Assembly (NCBI RefSeq): GCF_902459465.1
Contig: NC_047079.1
Location: 10,168,001-10,232,000, forward strand
DNA from: Asterias rubens
Lineage: Eukaryota
Length of the DNA stretch: 64,000 nt
Reading direction: 5' to 3'
The translations under genes were made by a program, and so were the position numbers. Below the pieces are notes generated by a model, which was not told the DNA's origin, searched no databases, and saw only the letters and a program-made list of their open reading frames with translations. Numbering within the stretch: the first letter of the stretch is position 1; the number at the start of each line of letters is the position of its first letter. Below, one piece after another: positions 59,501 through 64,000 of the stretch.

Positions 59501-61025
59501 AAAGAGCAACAGTCGTAGCTGTAGCCACCAATTCTACAGCACAATATTGCTGTTTCACATGGGGAACCAGACACAAAATAATGTGAGTACCTTGGGGTCC
59601 CAAAGGAGTTTTCTGCTCTGGGATGACACAGTTTAAATGACAGTTGAATAACCTAATAACTAGAATAAAACCAATGAGTCTCCACCAGCGAACACTTCAA
59701 ATAATTTGGTCACGTTCCTCTCTATGGAGACAGATTATCGTAGCGACCTCTTGACAATAAAAAAAGGTCAACACTGTGACCTCTTAAAGGCAAGGTACCT
59801 TTTAAGATAATTCAATATGAAATTGGTCTGATGGAAGTAAATTTGCTCCGTAAAGCTGGCCAAGATATAAAATATCTTTGATGTAAAACTGTCTTTTGCT
59901 GTTTCCATTTTTTTATTTTTTTTACTCTCATCTGCAGAAAATAACTGGACTTAATGTGAAGGTTGAAATTTCGTTCAAATGATTTTTGGAAACTCAGTCT
60001 GGTTCAGCGAAACTGGTAAGCACAGAAATATGCTAAGAAAGTACTGCAAACCTTTCCATATAAGAAAGTACTGGTTACCAGCCTAAAGTCTTTATAACTT
60101 CCATTGGCAACTTATTGTAAACCGTGCCAGAAGTGGGGCCTGAGTTTCATTGGTTATGTCATCAATCAAGTGACTTGTTTAAAATTTACTTTTGATGTTA
60201 AAAAAAAAATAATCTGGTTTTTGTTTTTATTATTTGTTATTGATGATATTTTGAGGTAGATTATTCCAGAGAATGAGTTTCAGAGAAAGAGAGAGCCAGA
60301 GACAGATGTTGAAGTCAAAGAAGTATTAAATATTAAAGATTTCAGAGGAAAAAAAACTGTAAGTTTGCGAAGACTGAAAAACAAATCCAGCGGAGTGTTA
60401 GGCAGGAAACTGGTTTAAACCAAGGCCCAGAAAAAAAAAACGAAAGAAAGAAAATATAACACAAATCCCAGTTGATTTAAAGAGTAAGTAAACATGTGTT
60501 ATTGGGCCCCAAATTCATGGTGCTGTTTATCAAGGAATTCTGCATTTACAGTGCCCAGGAGAGCACGTAATTGTATTATCTGTAAGCGCATAATTCCCTG
60601 GTAAGCCGAGCCATGGAATTGGGACACGGTTATAGTCTTTGTTGCGATAGACTTGTGATTGAAATATTATTATGAGCATCATTCCAAGGTATATTTTGGT
60701 TAATTTTGTTTTATTACATAAACCTTCACCTTTTAGTGATTCCAAATCCAAGTTTAAAATTGGTGTCAAATCCAACCTACAGCTGGAGCAATTCTTCAAA
60801 ATCCTTTCCCTTAAGTCTTCTAAACTTTGATTTAGGATGGACTGCGTCACATTCCAAAGGTTTGAGCGCTTCAGTTATCAGAACCCTAAAGGGTTCTATT
60901 GGATTTTGAAAGATTGCGAGCCAAAATTCTGAAGAAGATAGGGGGGGATTCAGGGTGCTAACATTTTGTTAATAGAAGACGTAGTTCCACCACAAGTTTA
61001 GGAGAGTTTCCAACAGTGTCCCTAC

Positions 61026-61280
61026 CTCTGGAGATAACAACGCGGAACATGCACGTTGCGCTATTTCCACTGTTGTCAGTGAAAGTGTACTTGACCATCG
61101 ACTCTCCAATTTGGAAAGACGTATTTGGCGTGTGAGTTCTTGATACACGCACTGGTGCCCCGTCATTGTCCATTGCGGTGGGCTCTGTCCACACAATGTC
61201 AATGTCATTCATGTTGGCTGGGGCTGTTTCTAGTATATCCGACGGGCAACCCTGAATAACTGGCGGTGTGGTGTCTCGCT
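61026..61280 (-). CDS. Exon 3: HYR domain
   Basis: Phase 1-1, 255 nt; RDTTPPVIQGCPSDILETAPANMNDIDIVWTEPTAMDNDGAPVRVSRTHTPNTSFQIGESMVKYTFTDNSGNSATCMFRVVISR. Confidence 0.88.
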
Positions 61281-61342
61281 CTGTCCAAGTTAATAAGGGT
61301 CAAGATTTTGGAGCTGGTTATCATTTTTCTGATCCTTTCTTA

Positions 61343-61521
61343 AGGCCCGGTCCCACTGCAGCGCTAACGAGAACGATAACGATAAGGACGCCAAGAGAAC
61401 GTGTTTTATTGGTTGAATTGCTCCACGCAGAATACGCACACGCTCATTCAACCAATGGAATGCGTTCTCTTTGCGTCGTGATCGGTATCGCTCTCGTTAT
61501 CGCTGCAGTGGGACCGGGCCT
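61343..61521. mobile_element. Harbinger-like MITE with TTA TSD
   Basis: TTA|AGGCCCGGTCCCACTGCAGCG ... CGCTGCAGTGGGACCGGGCCT|TTA; relative at ~32690-32847. Confidence 0.8.
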
Positions 61522-62038
61522 TTATGAAAGTATGAACTGTTTTGGTTCAAGGCTTTCAGCTGCCTTACTGCATTTTGGTTGTGGTGTAATTTAAATTCAC
61601 CTTTAAGAACTTGGTATTTTCGTCTCTTAAATAGTTTTATGCAAGGCCAATAGACAGTGCAATTTTAAGTGGGGGCTGCAACTGAAAAAATGTCTATCGC
61701 TCTCCTTAAGCTTTTAGCCTGGCAGATATGTTCCACACTCGAATTGTTTCCTCATTTTCAATACACCCATGACTTGCACAGTCTGCTCAGCAAAGAATGG
61801 AAGTTTTGTTCATGCTGATGTTTTTTAAGTTACAGAATTTGATGACTGTTCAGTTAATTTTGATACTGAATTATGAAACAAATGATGATTATCAGCTTAT
61901 GATTCAACCAATGAAATGACAAGAAAGTTAATGTTAGCGCAAAATAAATTTGTATACAAGTAAAAAGTTTTGTCTCGACCCTATATGAGTGTTTTTTTTA
62001 TGAAATCAGTTTTTTTAAACAGAGTACCACACAAGTAC

Positions 62039-62293
62039 CTTCTCGGATCAGCACGAAAAACATGCAGACAGCCACATTTTGGCTGGTGTCCGTAAATTCG
62101 TACACGACTCTAGTGTAGCCAAGCGGTAATGCGGACAAGGGGGCGTGCGTACGAGAGACACGCACAGGCTGACCGCTATCGTCAGTGGCTGTCGGCTCGT
62201 CCCAAACTGCAATACCCTGCTGGTCACCGAACCTCGCAGACCCAAGCACAGTGTCCGGGCAGCCTGTTATAACTGGTCGGGTGTTGTCGACAT
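62039..62293 (-). CDS. Exon 2: HYR domain
   Basis: Phase 1-1, 255 nt; VDNTRPVITGCPDTVLGSARFGDQQGIAVWDEPTATDDSGQPVRVSRTHAPLSALPLGYTRVVYEFTDTSQNVAVCMFFVLIRE. Confidence 0.88.
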
Positions 62294-62849
62294 CTACATG
62301 TAACGTGTTGTTAAAGGGATGGTAAAATCAAATCATCAAAAGGTTTAAACTTGGTCTTTAAAACATGATAAATCTCTTCATAAATCAAATTTGATAAACA
62401 TTACTTCATACTACATACAATAAAGGGGCATTTAAAAATGAACAAAGACTTGCTTTGTGTCTTACAAGCATACCAATTGTTGATTTTAGTTAATATGTAT
62501 TCATTGCTTTGCCTCTTTATCATCCTACATATACAGTCATTATGACAAGGTTGCTGGGACTGGCCAAATAAATTACCTCTTTATAACAGGAACCTTGTTA
62601 TAATAGGACAGCAAAACAAAGGAAAAAAAAGCAGAAATGAGATTCGGGACTTCAGATTATACTCTCCGTAAGCAGAACCTCTTTACAACAGTGCTCTCTA
62701 TAACAAAGATTGACTGTATACTATACAAACAAACGTACAAACACACTAATACAAAAATACTACAATAACAAATAAAGATCTAAAAAAAAATTATTCAAAG
62801 GCAAAATTTCTTTTGTAAGACACAGGATTACATAACTCCCATATCCTAC

Positions 62850-63107
62850 CTCTTCTTATATCAATGACGAAGCTGCATATTGCCTCATTCCCACTAGTAT
62901 CTACGAAAAAATACTGCACGGTCGTCGACCCCTCGATGAAATACGTATCTGGTTCGTGGGTTTTCCCTATGGTGACCGACTGACCACTGTCGTCAGTCGC
63001 AGTGGGCTCCTCCCACGTAACGTACGCTTGATTCGTACCAAGGGCAGCTCTCCCGACGATGTCCCTCGGGCATCCAGAGATGATCGGTGGTGTCGTGTCT
63101 CTTTCCT
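62850..63107 (-). CDS. Exon 1 in window: HYR domain
   Basis: AG/GT, phase 1-1; ERDTTPPIISGCPRDIVGRAALGTNQAYVTWEEPTATDDSGQSVTIGKTHEPDTYFIEGSTTVQYFFVDTSGNEAICSFVIDIRR fits the HYR pattern. Confidence 0.88.
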
Positions 63108-64000
63108 CTGTACCAAAAATAATCTCAAAGCTAAAGATTTTCTGAAAGGAGTTGCCGGGCCAGGTTAGTGTTTAAGAAGTTACATATGAAGTGTGGACCT
63201 GATAACAAAAGGGTGGACAAGACAAGAGTCCACAACACATGCAGCTCTGTGTTGCAGTCACTCTGTGGACATTTGTTCTGTACACTAAAGGAAAATCCTA
63301 TTCTTCAACACTGTTAAAGACACTGTATGGACAAAGGTAAGTCCACATAGTGTTTTAAGTCCCTGAATAATGTGGAAATCTTTCATTTTCAGGTCCACAA
63401 TTCGTTTGTAGCGTTAAAACAGTGTTTTTGACAGTGTTGAATAGAAGTTTTTTTCTAGAGCGCACAGAACAAAGGAATGTCCACAGAGTGTATGCAACAC
63501 ACAGCTGTATGGTGTTTTGTGGCAGATGAACCGAAAATAAACCAAAATGTATGGAAAATTTTCAAATAGCAGTGATTTGTATTTAAAATTAAAGCCAGCG
63601 AAGAAACTCTGCGATGTTCAAACTCCTTTCCTTGTTAGTGCTTTACTGCAAAGAAAGGCAGAGAAAAATATCCACGCAAAAAGAAATGCAAATAAACGTT
63701 TGGCTTGAGAAGCGATGCTAACGTTCACTGACATCAAAATTTAGGCAAATGAGAAAGAAAAGAAATCAGCAAAGCACCGAAGGCATGATTTTTTGTTTGT
63801 GGTGAATACGCCCTGAAAGAAAAATGACCATGATGATGGGCTTGATGATGATGATTAAATGATGATGGAAAAGATTCAGATCTGAGGCTTCTGCTGCTGG
63901 TTATGACGATGACAATACTGATTAAGATGATTTATAAAGATAAGAAAAAAAATCATCACAATGTACACATCTTTTTATATATAGGCCTTAATATGAGTAA

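Larger units (their letters stand above)
822..63107 (-). other. HSPG2: Perlecan (HSPG2) gene, internal portion; 62 exons traced; 5' and 3' ends outside window
   Basis: Phase-compatible GT-AG exons give one 9,681-nt ORF with the diagnostic perlecan order LDLa-Ig-(LE/LamB)x3-Ig(n)-LamG-EGF-EGF-LamG-EGF. Linkage of the three HYR exons (61026-63107) is inferred. Confidence 0.95.

Noticed and set aside
53511-61025. Search for a SEA domain, fourth LDLa or signal-peptide exon
   Set aside because: None recognisable by eye; a short or divergent exon cannot be excluded without RNA data.
1345-63168. Plus-strand ORFs such as 1345-1677, 13917-14309, 19113-19463, 23277-23645, 44631-44879, 52362-52811 and 62956-63168
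   Set aside because: Antisense shadows of minus-strand exons, or repeat-derived; no independent domain signal.

Overview
Eukaryotic, AT-rich animal genomic DNA. The HYR exons and repeat families suggest an echinoderm, probably a sea star (inference). The window holds the interior of one large minus-strand gene, perlecan (HSPG2, basement-membrane heparan sulfate proteoglycan core protein). I traced 62 GT-AG exons by hand. They splice into one open frame of 9,681 nt (about 3,230 aa): 3x HYR - (7.5-kb intron) - P/T linker - 3x LDLa - Ig - 3x [laminin-EGF / laminin IV (LamB)] - 12x Ig - LamG - EGF - EGF - LamG - EGF. Neither the start nor the stop codon is in the window. The HYR-to-LDLa junction is phase-compatible but unproven. 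Introns are packed with TTAA-flanked Kolobok/T2-like MITEs, PIF/Harbinger-like foldback elements, tRNA-derived SINEs, LINE 3' ends and Penelope-type minimal hammerhead ribozyme motifs. Most notable: (1) HYR repeats where vertebrate perlecan has its SEA/heparan-sulfate domain I; (2) several families of intronic hammerhead ribozyme motifs, mostly sense to the pre-mRNA; (3) repeated tandem duplications that copy exon 3' ends together with their splice donors; (4) an Ig domain lacking both canonical cysteines. No rRNA, intact tRNA gene or CRISPR array was seen. Most entries in the supplied ORF track are spurious or exon read-throughs.
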